Below, piece after piece: positions 13,469 to 26,505 of a stretch of DNA of 64,000 nucleotides (its first letter is position 1; every line of letters begins with the position of its first letter). This DNA comes from Octopus sinensis (Eukaryota). The notes beneath the pieces were generated by a model. That model had not been told where the DNA came from. It searched no databases and saw only the letters and a list, made by a program, of their open reading frames with translations. The stretch covers positions 16,926,001 through 16,990,000 of the forward strand of contig NC_043021.1 in assembly GCF_006345805.1 (NCBI RefSeq), given 5' to 3'. Both the position numbers and the translations under genes were made by a program.

Positions 13469-13944
13469 TAACCCTTTCATTACCAACCCGGCTGAAACCG
13501 GCCGTAGCTCTGAGTACAAATGTTTTGTCTTCATAAGTTTTGAATTAAAATCTTCCACTAAACCTTAGTCACAATTTATCTTCCTAACACCAGCTTAATG
13601 ATAACTAAGTTATTTTACTAAATTCTTTGTTATATTTAAAATCAATTGAAAGAAACGCAGAACATTTCAACAGAAAGGTAACAAAAGGGTTAAAATATAT
13701 AATAGAGAAACAATTCTTAACCCTTTCAATACCAACCCGGCTAAAACTGGCTCTGGCTCTGTAGTACAAATGTCTTGTTTTCATAAGTTTTGAATTAAAA
13801 TCTTCCACCAAACCTTAGTCACAATTTATCTTCCTAACACTAGCTTAATGACAACTAAGTTAGTTTACTAAATTCTTTGTTATATCTAAAGTAATTGAAA
13901 GAAATACAGAGCATCTCAAAATAAATACAGTAATGAAAGGGTTA
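13469..13944. mobile_element. Dimer of the piggyBac-like MITE
   Basis: TTAACCCTTTCATTAC...GTAATGAAAGGGTTAA outer ends. Two units are joined by the same spacer as in the array at 1-1123. A further monomer lies at about 22540-22754. Confidence 0.72.
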
Positions 13945-14570
13945 AGGAAAAACATGTCTGGTCATAGGAAAATAGTATCTTGTTAGGAAACTGGTAAAGG
14001 TTAGTGATAGAAAGGGCATCCAGCCAAAGAAAGTCCGCCTCAATGAAATTTGTCTGACCCATGCAAACATGGAAAAGTGGACATTAAAACAATGATAATG
14101 AGGATGACGATGATGGTAAGAAAGGCCAAGAGACTGTGGTAGAGTGAGGGGAGGTGACAATGAGTAGGAGAGCAACATCAGGTTGATCTCCCGTTAAAAG
14201 TGGTCTTCATTGAACATCATATATATTTCTTTACTACCCACAAGGGGCTAAACATAGAGGGGACAAACAAGGACAGACAAAGGGATTAAGTCGATTACAT
14301 CGACCCCAGTGCGAAACTGGTACTTTATTTATCGACCCCGGGAGGATGAAAGGCAAAGTCGACCTCGGCGGAATTTGAACTCAGAACATAACGACAGACG
14401 AAATGCCGCTAAGCATTTTGCCCGTGCGCTAACGTTTCTGCCAGCTCACCACCTTAGGTGTATAGATTGTCACACTGTTAGACAGAAACTCCCCCACCCC
14501 ACCAACAAGCCCTCACTTGTTGATGTCCAAACAAGTCTCAAGAACTTCAGGTTCGATGTACAATGGTATT

Positions 14571-17500
14571 TCACGTGTTGTTTTTCCGAATTTTTTTCTT
14601 CAATATTTTCGGAGGTCCAAGGAATTTGAATGTTGTTCTGGAAAATAAAAAAAAAAAAGCAATAAATAAATAAATAACACTGAGCATTTCAAATTTTGGC
14701 ACATGGCTGGCAATTTTAGAAGGAAGTGGAGTTGGTCGATTACACTGAGCCCGAAAGGATAAAAGGCAAAAATTGACCCCTGTTGGATTTGAGCTCAGAA
14801 CTTAAAGGGTCAGAAGAGAAGTTACGAAGCATTTTGTCTGATGTGCTATCAATTCTACCAGCTTGCCTGCCGCTTTTTATGATTGCTTCAAATTTTGATA
14901 CAAGGCCGGCAATCTTAGGAGTGTGGCCTTAGGCAGTTACATCAACTTCAGTACCTGACTGTTACTTATTTTACCAACCCCAAAAGGATAAAATGTAAAG
15001 ATAACCTTGGTGGGGTTTGAACCCAGAATGTGAAGAGTAGAACAAAATGCCACTAAGCTCTTTGCCCAATGTACCTATGATTCTGCCAGCTTGTTGTTTT
15101 AACCCTTTAGCATTCAGATCCCTCTGTCAAATCTAATGCTTATTTATTCACATTGTTTTGAATTAACCAAGCATTAACTTGTAGCTTGAAGATTTCAATG
15201 ATGTGATTTCTTATTTTTAGAATGATGTTCTTTTCTGCTCTAGGCACAAGACCTGAAATTTTGGGGGAGGGAGCCAGTCGATTAGATCGACCCCAGTACA
15301 CAACTGGTGCTTAATTTATTCACCTTAAAAGGATGAAAGGCAAGGTCGACCGTGGCGGAATTTTGAACTCACAACATAAAGACAGATGAAATACCGCTAA
15401 GCATTTCGCCCTGTGTGCTAACGTCTCTGCCAGCTCGCTGCCTTATTTTTAGAATGATATTCTTTTCTACTCTAGGCATAAGGCCTGAAATTTTGGGGGA
15501 GGGAGCCAGTCGATTAAATCTACCCCAGTACGCAACTGGTAGTTAATTTATCGACCTCATAAGAATGAAAGGCAAAGTCGACCTCGGCGGAATTTGAACT
15601 CAGAAAGTAAAGACAGACAAAATACCTATTTTTTTACTACCCACAAGGGGCTAAACACAGAGGGGACAAACAAGGACAGACAAATGGATTAAGTTGATTA
15701 TATCGACCCCAGTGCATAACTGGTACTTATTCAATCGACCCTGAAAGGATGAAAGGCAAAGTCGACCTCAGCGGAATTTGAACTCAGAAAGTAAAGACAG
15801 ACGAAATACCGCGAAGCATTCCACCCGGTGTGCTAACGTTTCTGCAAGCTTGCAGTCTTATTTTTAGAATGATGTTGTGTAGAGTTGGTGTGAGAGGCTG
15901 GATCTGGCTAGTTTGAACATAAAACATAATATATTTTGATCCAGGAATAAGATAAAGTAAAGGTAAAGTGTATATGTATATATTTATACATATATAAGTA
16001 CATATACTTCTATGTATGTGTGTACCCCACCACCACTTGAAAACCGGTGTTGGTGTGTTTATGACCCCATAACTTATCGATTTGGCAAGAGGCCGATAGA
16101 ATAGGCACCTGGCTTTATAATGAAAAATAAGTACTGGGGGTTGACTCATTCGACTAAAGATTCTTCAAAGCGGTGCCCCAGCATGGCCACAGTCCAATGA
16201 TTGGGACAATTAAAGGATAAAAGATAAAGAACATACAGAATTTGGAAGAAATGGTGTAAAAAGCTTAAAACCAGAGAGTTTGGTTAGAAAGAATTTAGAT
16301 TTTTCAAAAGAAAATAAAGAAAAGGTATCAACTTACTGACAAGTGGAACAAATCGGACTGAAGGAACAGAAAACTGGAAATAGAAATCAAGAGAAATTAT
16401 TGAAGAATTTGGACAAAATTTCACATAATTTGTTTGGAATTTTCTGCTTTAGAATCTTTACAACAAACATAGGTATATAATTAGATAATAGGTATTTCTT
16501 AGGTTTTAAATTCTTCAAATTATCTCCCCTTATCTTTAAGAGTTGCTAACAATGACCACTAGGTTCTTGTCTTCTTTCTCCAACTAAGAGGCAAATTTTG
16601 GTTGAGATTTTTTTTTTTTTACATAACATTTGGTGCATCACAGCTTAATTTAATTATCTAAATTAGTGTCATTTACTTTTCTGAGTTATTTCTCTTAACT
16701 GTCTTCTACTTGGAGGAGAAGTCTTCAACACAAACACACACACACTTGTGTGTGTGTGTGTATGTGTGTGTTTGTGTTTCCTTGTCTTGACATCCCAACA
16801 CAAGCATCACCACCAAACAAGCGGTGCTGTTCATTTCCAACATACCATGGAAACCGGTCTGGGTATGCTTGGAAATAGATGAAGGCATCCAACAGTTGAA
16901 CATCCGCCTCAACAAATTCCCCTCAGACCCATACAAGCATGGAAAAGTAGATGTGAAAACCATAATGACGATGATGATTATAATGCTGTTTCATTTAACA
17001 TGAAATTTTGATGGTAAGTTTTAATTTCGAACACTTCAACCCTTTAGCATTAAAATTACTCTATCGTATACAGGGCTGGCCAAAAGTCACCCAACAGTAA
17101 ATCAAAACTCCATAAAGACTGCCATTCTGTATTGACTTGAATAGAAAAAGGTGTCACTCATGAAGGACTTCAGTTTGAAGAATTTTCATGATATTTTATA
17201 TTGAGATGCTTTTCTTAAATTCATTCAGTTGTTAAACAGAAATCTTGGAATTAAATGGTTTTGATTTACTGTCAGGTGACTTTTGGCCAACCCTGTACAA
17301 TGCTTATTTCTTCACCTTGTTTTGAATTAATCTTGCATTATCTCGTAACTCCATGATTTTGACAACGTTATAGTTTATTTTTTTTCTTTTAACTTTGTAG
17401 GTTAGGTGTGAGAAGCCAGATCTGGCCAGTTTGGACAAAAAATAGGCAGAAAATTTAGTCTTGATATGACCAATTTCCTTCTTGAGCGATGTCAGGCTCA

Positions 17501-20283
17501 AGAGGGCTGGTTTCCTGGTTTCAATGGCAGAAATATTCCCCACCTGGACTGGATGCTGGTCTGCCACAAGATTACTCATTTTTGCCAGGAGCAATGTGAA
17601 ACAAAGTGTTTTGCTGAAGAACACAATATGTCACCCAGTCCAGGAATTGAAACCACAATCCTACGATCATGAGTCCAGTCAGTACCCCTAACCGCTAAGC
17701 CATGCCCTTCCAAAGTACAATATCTGTGCCAGATATGGCCAGTTTAAATGCTAAAGGGTTGAAACAGGAAGTTTATATGAAAGAACCAAGGTTAGTATTA
17801 AAAGGGTTAAAAAGAAGGGCTGCCGTTAGTTTTTTTTTTTTTTTTTTGCTACTTACTTGACAGACAAACGGAGCAGACGTAACCAATATCGATGAGGTTC
17901 CGGTGGCAAAAACAAGCAGCCCTGTAATCAACTTGAACCCTTGCTGGCAGAGACAGTTTATGTCTAACATGAGGATCAGGAAGAAAGACGCACTAGACAA
18001 ATAAAAAAAACAAAAGATTATTGTAATTAATTAAATGATGTTAATGAGAAAATGACAAGCTAACCAGGGTGCTCCTACATGGTCGGTCACTCCATTACTG
18101 ATACATTAGTAAAGCAGCTTGAATTAATGCTAAAAAAGATGGGATAGTCATGGCTGGAAGCCTTTTAGCCATAGGTCTGCTGGATGAGAGTTGACATGGG
18201 GTTAGACAATAACTTTATGAAACCAGTCAATGAGGAAACCCTTGGAAATAGGGGCCAAATTTCCCTCAATTCACTCTATTCTACCATCTTAGAAACAGGG
18301 AAACATTGGATAATATAGCCCTAGATATACTATGCTATATCTTTGATCATTCAGAGTTGATCTGGGGCTAAAAAACAATAAAAACAAAATGTAATAGTAA
18401 AAATAAAAATGACAAAAAAGCAGAAACAAAAAAACAACACAAACCAAAACAATAGTTGTTTTTTTTCTTTTTTTTTCTCCATTGTTTAGAATTTCACAGG
18501 AAAGAACTGCGAGAGAGATTCTTAAAGCTGAAAGAACCAGCAGAAAATCTTGGGAGTAGGCCAAGAATGAGATGGTTGGATAATTACCACAGTCACAATT
18601 GGTCATGTCTAGGAATCCAAGCAGGGAAGATGTAATGGCAGTTGCTTCTGGTAAGACATTATGGAGGAAGTACCTGAAGACTCTACCCTTTGACTTGTAG
18701 AAGACCTAGGGGTGGACCAAGAATGAGAGGGTTGGATAATGTGCATAGTCTGGGTTGGTCATGCTTGGGGATCCAGCAGTGTAATGACAGTTGCTTCTGG
18801 TAAGACCTTATGGAGGAGGTACCAGAAGACTCTACCCTTTGACTGTCAGAAGACCTGGGGGGGAGGACCAAGAATGAGAGGGTTGGATAATGTCCATAGT
18901 CTGAGTTGGTCATGCTTGGGAATCCAGCAGGAAAATGTAATGATGGTTGCTTCTGATAAAACACTATGGAGGAAGTTCCTGAAGACTCTACCCTTTGACT
19001 GTCAGAAGACCTGGGGGGGAGGACCAAGAATGAGAGGGTTGGATAATGTCCATAGTCTGGATTGGTCATGCTTAGGGATCCAGCCAAGAAGTAATGACAG
19101 TTGTTTCTGATAAGACATTATGGAGGAGGTACCTGAAAACTCAACCCTTTGACTGTCAGAAGACCCAGGGGTGGACCAAGAATGAAATGGTTGGATAATG
19201 TTCGTAGTCTGGATTGGTCATGCTTGGGGATCCAGCAGGAAAATGTAATGATGGTTGCTTCTGATAAAATTCTATGGAGGAGAAACCTGAATATTGTACC
19301 CTTTGACTGGCAGGAGACCCAGGGGTGGACCAAGAATGAGAGGGTTGGATAAAGTCCATAGCCTGAGTTGGTCATGCTTGGGGATCCATGAGGAAAGTGT
19401 AATGATGGTTGTTTCTGATAAAGCACTATGGAGGAGATAGCTGAATATTGTACCCTTTGACTGGCAGGAGACCTGGGGGTGGACCAAGAACAAGATGGTT
19501 GGATACTATCTTTAATCTCACTTGATTGTAGTTATGCTTGGGAATTTAACAGGGAAGTGTAATGGCATTTGCTTCTGATAGGACCCAATGAAAGAGGTGT
19601 CTAGGGACTTTCCTCTCATAGCCCTTCCAGGAATAGTCAGTGGAGAAGATGGATGGCTATAAATTAATTAAATATGTGAGTGGTTGACATACCAGTAGAT
19701 ACTGTAAGATGCCGGAGACTGTGGGTAGCTTGAGGTAGGTGCCACCAGTAATATCACACGCCTGTGGATAGAGAATAGAAGAGAGAGAGATTTGAGAATT
19801 AAAACATATGTATGGATGCACACGATATATGGAAGAACATTACAATCACCACAATGCACATACACACTCACACACATAGGTGGGGAGAGAGAGATGCATA
19901 CACACAAACATGCACATTGCATGCATACATATAATACAAACACACACACACACATACATTGTTGCTATTATGTTAAACAGTCGTGTTTGAATTTGGCCAA
20001 ATGTTTTTTTTCTCGATATTTAATTTTGCTTGCAATAGCCAGTTCTTTTGGTTAAATTATTGTATCTCCAGCTGCTTCAGATGCCAAGATATGAAAATTT
20101 TCAAAGTGTAGAAGAACGGTTTAGCATTTTTCAAAAGTGTAGTAAGTCCCACGTAGGACAGTTTTGCAAAAATATCCATGAATGGAGTTACGATTTTATG
20201 CACTCAACAAAGTATTATTGTTAAGCTGAAACTGTTGTTAATGTAACAAGAAATGGACTTACAACACTTTTGCATAATAGCAA

Positions 20284-20324
<41 letters not shown>

Positions 20325-23300
20325 CGCAGGAGTGGCTGTGTGGTAAGTAGCTTGTTTACCAACCACATGGTTCCTGGTTCAGTCCCACTGCATGGCATGT
20401 TGGGCAAGTGTCTTCTACTATAGCCTTGGGCCGACCAAAGCCTTGTGAGTGGATTTGGTAGATGGAAACTGAAAGAAGCCCGTCGTATATATGTATATAT
20501 ATATGTGTGTGTGTGTTTGTGTCTGTGTTTGTCCCCCTAGCATTGCTTGACAACCGATGCTGGTGTGTTTATGTCCCCGTTACTTAGCAGTTCGGCAAAA
20601 GAGACCGATAGAATAAGTACTGGGCTTACAAAAAGAATAAGTCCCGGGGGTCGAGTTGCTCTATTAAAGGCGGTGCTCCAGCATGGCCGCAGTCAAATGA
20701 CTGAAACAAGTAAAAGAGTAAAGAGAGTATATATATATATATATAATCATCATCATCATTTAAACGGACGCTAAATGATGATGATGATGATATATATATA
20801 TACATACATACATACACACATATATGAGAGAGAGAGAAAGAGAAAGAGTAAATGAAAATGTGAGAAGTGAACCTACCTGTTGTAGCAGACTGGAATCGTC
20901 CCCTAAGATACAACTGTCAATGATGACATTCTGAAAGTATAAAACAATGTGAATAAATAAGAATTACATTGGACAGAATAATGTGAATGCTAAAAGGTTA
21001 AATGCCATCTTCAATTGGGATTAAACTCAAAATCCTTAGGTGAGCTTACTGCTCAATCACAAAGACCACAGCATGAACATGCAACCATTTCAAACCAAGT
21101 TTCTTACTCCTATGTTTAGTGGTTTACTGTATTCCTTTTCAGTTCTATATATTGCCAGCCTCGTCTGGCACCTGTGCAGGTGGCACATAAAAAGCACCCA
21201 CTACACTCACGGAGTGGTTGGCGTTAGGAAGGGCATCCAGCTGTAGAAACACTGCCAGATCTGACTGGCCTGGTGCAGCCTTCGGGCTTCCCAGACCCCA
21301 GTTGAACCGTCCAACCCATGCTAGCATGGAAAGCGGACGTTAAACGATGATGATGATGATGATATCATTTCTTTTCACTCATAACCATATTGAGCTCTCC
21401 TCAGCTGTCTCTGCCAGGTGTTTCATCATCGCTGTTCTTTTGCAACCCTTGACTCCAAGCTGACTCAATAATTGACACATTGATGCTGTGACAAACCTCC
21501 AGGTGTGACCACTTCTGCTGCCTTTACTGTGCAACTGTACCCACTCCTTTGTTAGATTTTTTCATGAGGCCATCGTACTTCCTCATCTTGAACTGGTGTC
21601 GTTCATTTGCTCAACTCTCATCAGGAACTGTCAGTTCTAGCCCTCAATTTATAAATATTAAGGTCCTACGTTCTGCAGGAGAACAATGAGGGAATTTATT
21701 CTGTAATTCTGCTTTTGTAGTGGTGGGGGTGACAACCAGAAAATGATAGAGAGATGGTGGTAATTAAATGCAACCACGATGATGATGAGGATAACACAAC
21801 CAGCACTGACAGAGACATCAATAAAAATGACAAGGACAATGGCTATGATAATAGCGTTGCCTTACTGGCACATGAAAAAGCATTTGAGCGAGGTCGGTGG
21901 GACGTAAAAAAAACCATTTGAGCGGATCGTTACCAGCGTTGTCTTATTGGCATGTGAAAAGACATACGAGTGAGGTCGTTGCCAGTGCCGCTGGACTGGC
22001 TCTCATGCAGGTGGCACATAAAAAGCACCATTTGAATGTGGCCGTTGCCAGTACCACTGACTGGTCCTTGTGCCAGTGACACATAAAAGCACCCACTGCA
22101 CTCTCAGAGTGGTTGGCGTTAGGAAGGGCATCCAGCTGTAGAAACTCTACCAGATCAGATTGGAGCCTGGTGCAGTCATCTGGTTCGCAAGTCCTCAGTC
22201 AAATCGTCCAACCCATGCTAGCATGGAAAGCAGACGTTAAACAATTATGATGATGATGGTGATGACAGATGCATACCACAAATGTGAGACAAGGATAGAA
22301 AAAAAAACAAAACAACTCACCTGTTTCTGAGCAGAGAAAACAGTATTCATGAAGTTCATATATTGGGCTGGGTTATCTTGAGATCCTTTCATTATCTAAT
22401 TAGACAGAAAAATAATTTTAAAAAAATTTCAATGACTTCAAATAATAAATATTTCATGGTTTGGGTAAAAGGTTAGCAAATCTCAGGGGAAGGAGGAAGG
22501 GTTAGTTGATAACCTCAACCTCAGTATGTCACTTTCAATACCCTTTCAATACCAACCGCCTCTGGCTCTGTAGTATAAATGTCTTGTTTTCAAAAGTTTT
22601 GAATTAAAATCTTCCACCAAGCCTTAGTCACAGTTTATGTTCCTAACAATAGCTTAATGATAACTAAGTAATCTTACTAAATTCTTTGTTATATTTAAAA
22701 TTAATTGAAAGAAACACAGAGCATCTCAAAATAAATACGGTAATGAAAGGGTTAAACCAGCCATTTAAATCCAGCCCAAATATTCTATCATAAGTTCATA
22801 GTGACCAGATCTGGCTTCTCACACCAACCCTGCAATGTCATTCTAAAACCAAACAATCACCTCATCAAAATCTCAAATGTTTAAGATAACGCTTGATTAA
22901 TTCAAAACAATGTGAATGAATAAGGTTATTACATTTGGTAGAGTGACCTGAATGCCAAAGGGTTAATTGATGCTGGACGGATAAAAAGCAAAGTTGACTG
23001 TGGTAAGATTTGAACTCTCAATGTAGAGGTAGAACACCTATAGCAAAGCAATTTTTCTGATGCTCTACCGGTTCTACCAGTTTGCTACCTTTAATGGTCT
23101 TTGATTTCAGCCCAAGGACAGCTGTTTTCAAGGGAGGAGAGTTAGGCGGTACCAATGCTCCCAGTTCTTGACCATTTTATTTTACTGACCCCTGAAGGGA
23201 TGAAAAGTAATAGTGGGCTTCAGCAGGATTTCAACTGATAAACCATAAAGGACTTGAATGAATACCACCAGGTATTTTATTTTGTATTCTAAGGATTCCA

Positions 23301-25199
23301 CCAATGCACTGAGTGACACCATATCGGATGATCAGTCACATGTTGAATGTCTTTAATCATAAATCTACTCAAGATTAATCCAGAACAAAACAACAACCAA
23401 CACTATGCCAATATTAAACGGGCGCTCCGTCGGTTATGATGACAAGGGTTCCAGTTGATCCGATCAGCGGAACAGCCTGCTCATGAAATTAACATGCAAG
23501 TGGCTGAGTACTCCACAGACACATGAAACCTTTAACGCAGTTCTCAGGGAGATTCAGCATGACACAGAATGTGACAAGGCTGGCCCCCTATTGAATTACA
23601 GGTACAATTCATTTTTGGAAGGCGGTGAGCTGTCAGAAACGCCTAGCGGTATTTCATTTGCGTTACGTTGTGAGTTCAAATTCCGCCGAGGTCGACTTTG
23701 CCTTTCATCCTTTCGGGGTCGATAAAATAAGTACCAGTTACGCACTGGGGTCGATGTAATCGACTTAATACCTATGTCTGTCCTTGTTTGTCCCCTCTGT
23801 GTTTAGCCCCTTGTGGGTAATAAAGAAATAGGTACAATTCATTTTTGGCAGCTGAGTGGACTGCTGAGCAATGTGGAATAAAGTGTCTTGCTCAAGGACA
23901 CAATGCGTTGGCGGGAATCGAACTCACAACCTTACGATTGTGAACCAATTATGCTAACCACTAACCACTCAAGACTAATCCAAGACAAACACAACAACCA
24001 GCACTGTGCTGATATTACAGAGTTAAGAATGTCGTTTTTAAAGACTCACCAGGATCCGACTGGAAAGTTTATCACCAAGATGAAGCTCCTTCTCCATTCG
24101 GTTGATGACTTTTCCCAGGAAGCAGAAATTAAGGTCAAAATACATTTTCTTTTATTCTTTTACAGACACAGTAACATAAGGTTGTTTTCCTACCTGACCA
24201 GCTCCTGTGAACCACCCTGCCCATGCATGCACGGAAGATGGACGTTAAGCAATGATGGTATGTACTCTCTTACTTGTTTCAGTCATTTTGACCGCGGCCA
24301 TGCTGGAGCACTGCCTTTAGTTGAACAAATCGACCCTAGGACTTATTCTTTGTAAGCCTAGTACTTATTCTACCGGTCTCTTTTGCCGAATCACTAAGTT
24401 ACAGGGGCATAAACACACCAGCATCAGTTGTCAAGCGATGGTGGAGGGAACAAACAGACACACAAGCACACACACATACACAAACATATATACACACACA
24501 AACACATATGCACAAACATATATACACGATGGGCTTCTTTCAGTTTCTGTCTACCAAATCCATTCACAAGGCTTTGGTCGGCCGTAGGCTATAGTAGAAG
24601 ACACTTGCCCAAGGTGCCACGCAGTGGAACTGAACCCAGAACCATGTGGTTGGTAAGCAAGCTACTTACCACACAGCCACTCCTATATATTCTATGATTA
24701 TTTCATACACTGTGTTTCCTATACCACATCTAATGTTCCCCATTGTATCAGTTTTATCATGAAAACAGTGTGAATAAATAAGCATTACATTTGATAGAGA
24801 GTAATTTGAATGCTTAATTGGGTTAATTGATCATGGAGGGGTTAAAACCAAAGTTGACCAAGGCAAGATTTGAACTCTCAATGCAGAGGTAGAACAATTA
24901 TGTCAAAGTTCAGTTGATCAATGCTTTGTTTATTTAGCTCTGGCCTCAAGTTCAAATCTTTGTCAGGTCACCTTTGTCTCCTGGGCTTCTTCAAACCAGA
25001 GGGTGCAGGTAAAATTCATCATCTTAGTGATGTTTACCCTCAGACAATGGATGAGGATGTGAGCCCCAACATCATTAATATCCCTGAGAGGAGCATTGAC
25101 CCTTATATTTAAACAGGGTAAGCATCAGGTTGCCAGGCAACTGTTTTCCTCCTTATGGCCACGACTCTGTCAGTTCTGAAGTAAATCCATAGTGATAAC

Positions 25200-25230
<31 letters not shown>

Positions 25231-26453
25231 TAATCAAATCGAAATCGAAATCGATCAACATCAATGGAAATTATAGCTGTGATACCAGTGCCGGTGGCAC
25301 GTAAGCGAACCATCCGAACGTGGCCATTGCCAGCGCCGCCCCCGACGGGCCTCCATGCCAATGGCACGTAAAAAGCACCATCCAACCGTGGCCGTTTGCC
25401 AGCCTCGCCTGGCCCCCGTGCCAGTGGCACGTAAAAAGCACCATCCAACCGTGGCCGTTTGCCAGCCCTGTTTGGCACCTGTGCCGGTGGCACATAAAAA
25501 GCACCCACTACACTCACGGAGTGGTTGGCATTTTGTAGTGGTTGGGGTGACGACCAAAAAATGATGGTGAGATGGTGATAATTAAATGGAACGATGATGA
25601 TGATGTGGATAACACAACTAGCACAGACAAAGGCATCATTGCCAGATCAGACTGGGCCTGGTGCAGCCTTCTGGCTTCCCAGACCCCAGTTGAACCGTCC
25701 AACCCATGCTAGCATGGAAAGCAGACGCTAAATGATGATGATGATGAATATGAAGTGGAAAGGATACAGCAAAGTGCCATGCCAATGGAACCAGCAACTA
25801 CACTGTCAGAATAAAGTTGGCCAACCTCTTCTGAAAAAAAGAATGAAAACAAGTTTAGTATTCATAATGTTGTTGTTGTTGTTGGTGGTGGTGTTTGTTG
25901 GATAATCTGTTGTTTCTATTTTCTACTTATTTATCTATAATAATAAACATGAAGTTTTGTCTGTTCGTCTGTCCATCCAGGACCCCTATATCCCAGTCAA
26001 CATTTACTCTATTACTCGTTTTAGTCATTTCAGTATTGAACTATTCCGGTGAAAAATATTTATATTTATATTTTTCACCGGAATAGTTCAATACTGAATT
26101 TTTATTCCGAATAGACAATTTGTTACCGAAATGCATTGCGAATAAGCCCGCCATTTTCATAGATATGTAAGGATAAACATTCGGACATGCTACGACGAAT
26201 TCTACGGTTGGCTATCGAGCTTGTAATGTTATGTTTTTCTCTTATATTTCTTGAGTTTGTTGCACTGATGAACATGAAATGCATAATCTGCATTAAATGC
26301 GAAATCACATGTGATATGTAACTGAATTCTTTTTTAAAATGATGTGTTTTGAAGTTTTGCATTCGGTAAAATTTTGTTTATTTTAGTAGTTTTGACCGCA
26401 TTGGTCCCTCTTAGCGTGTTGGTATCTACGAATAGTAGTACCCTCAATATATA

Positions 26454-26505
<52 letters not shown>

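Noticed and set aside
18683-19493. Several repetitive ORFs on both strands
   Set aside because: Products of the ~154-bp tandem repeat. The unit is not a multiple of 3 and no domain is recognisable.
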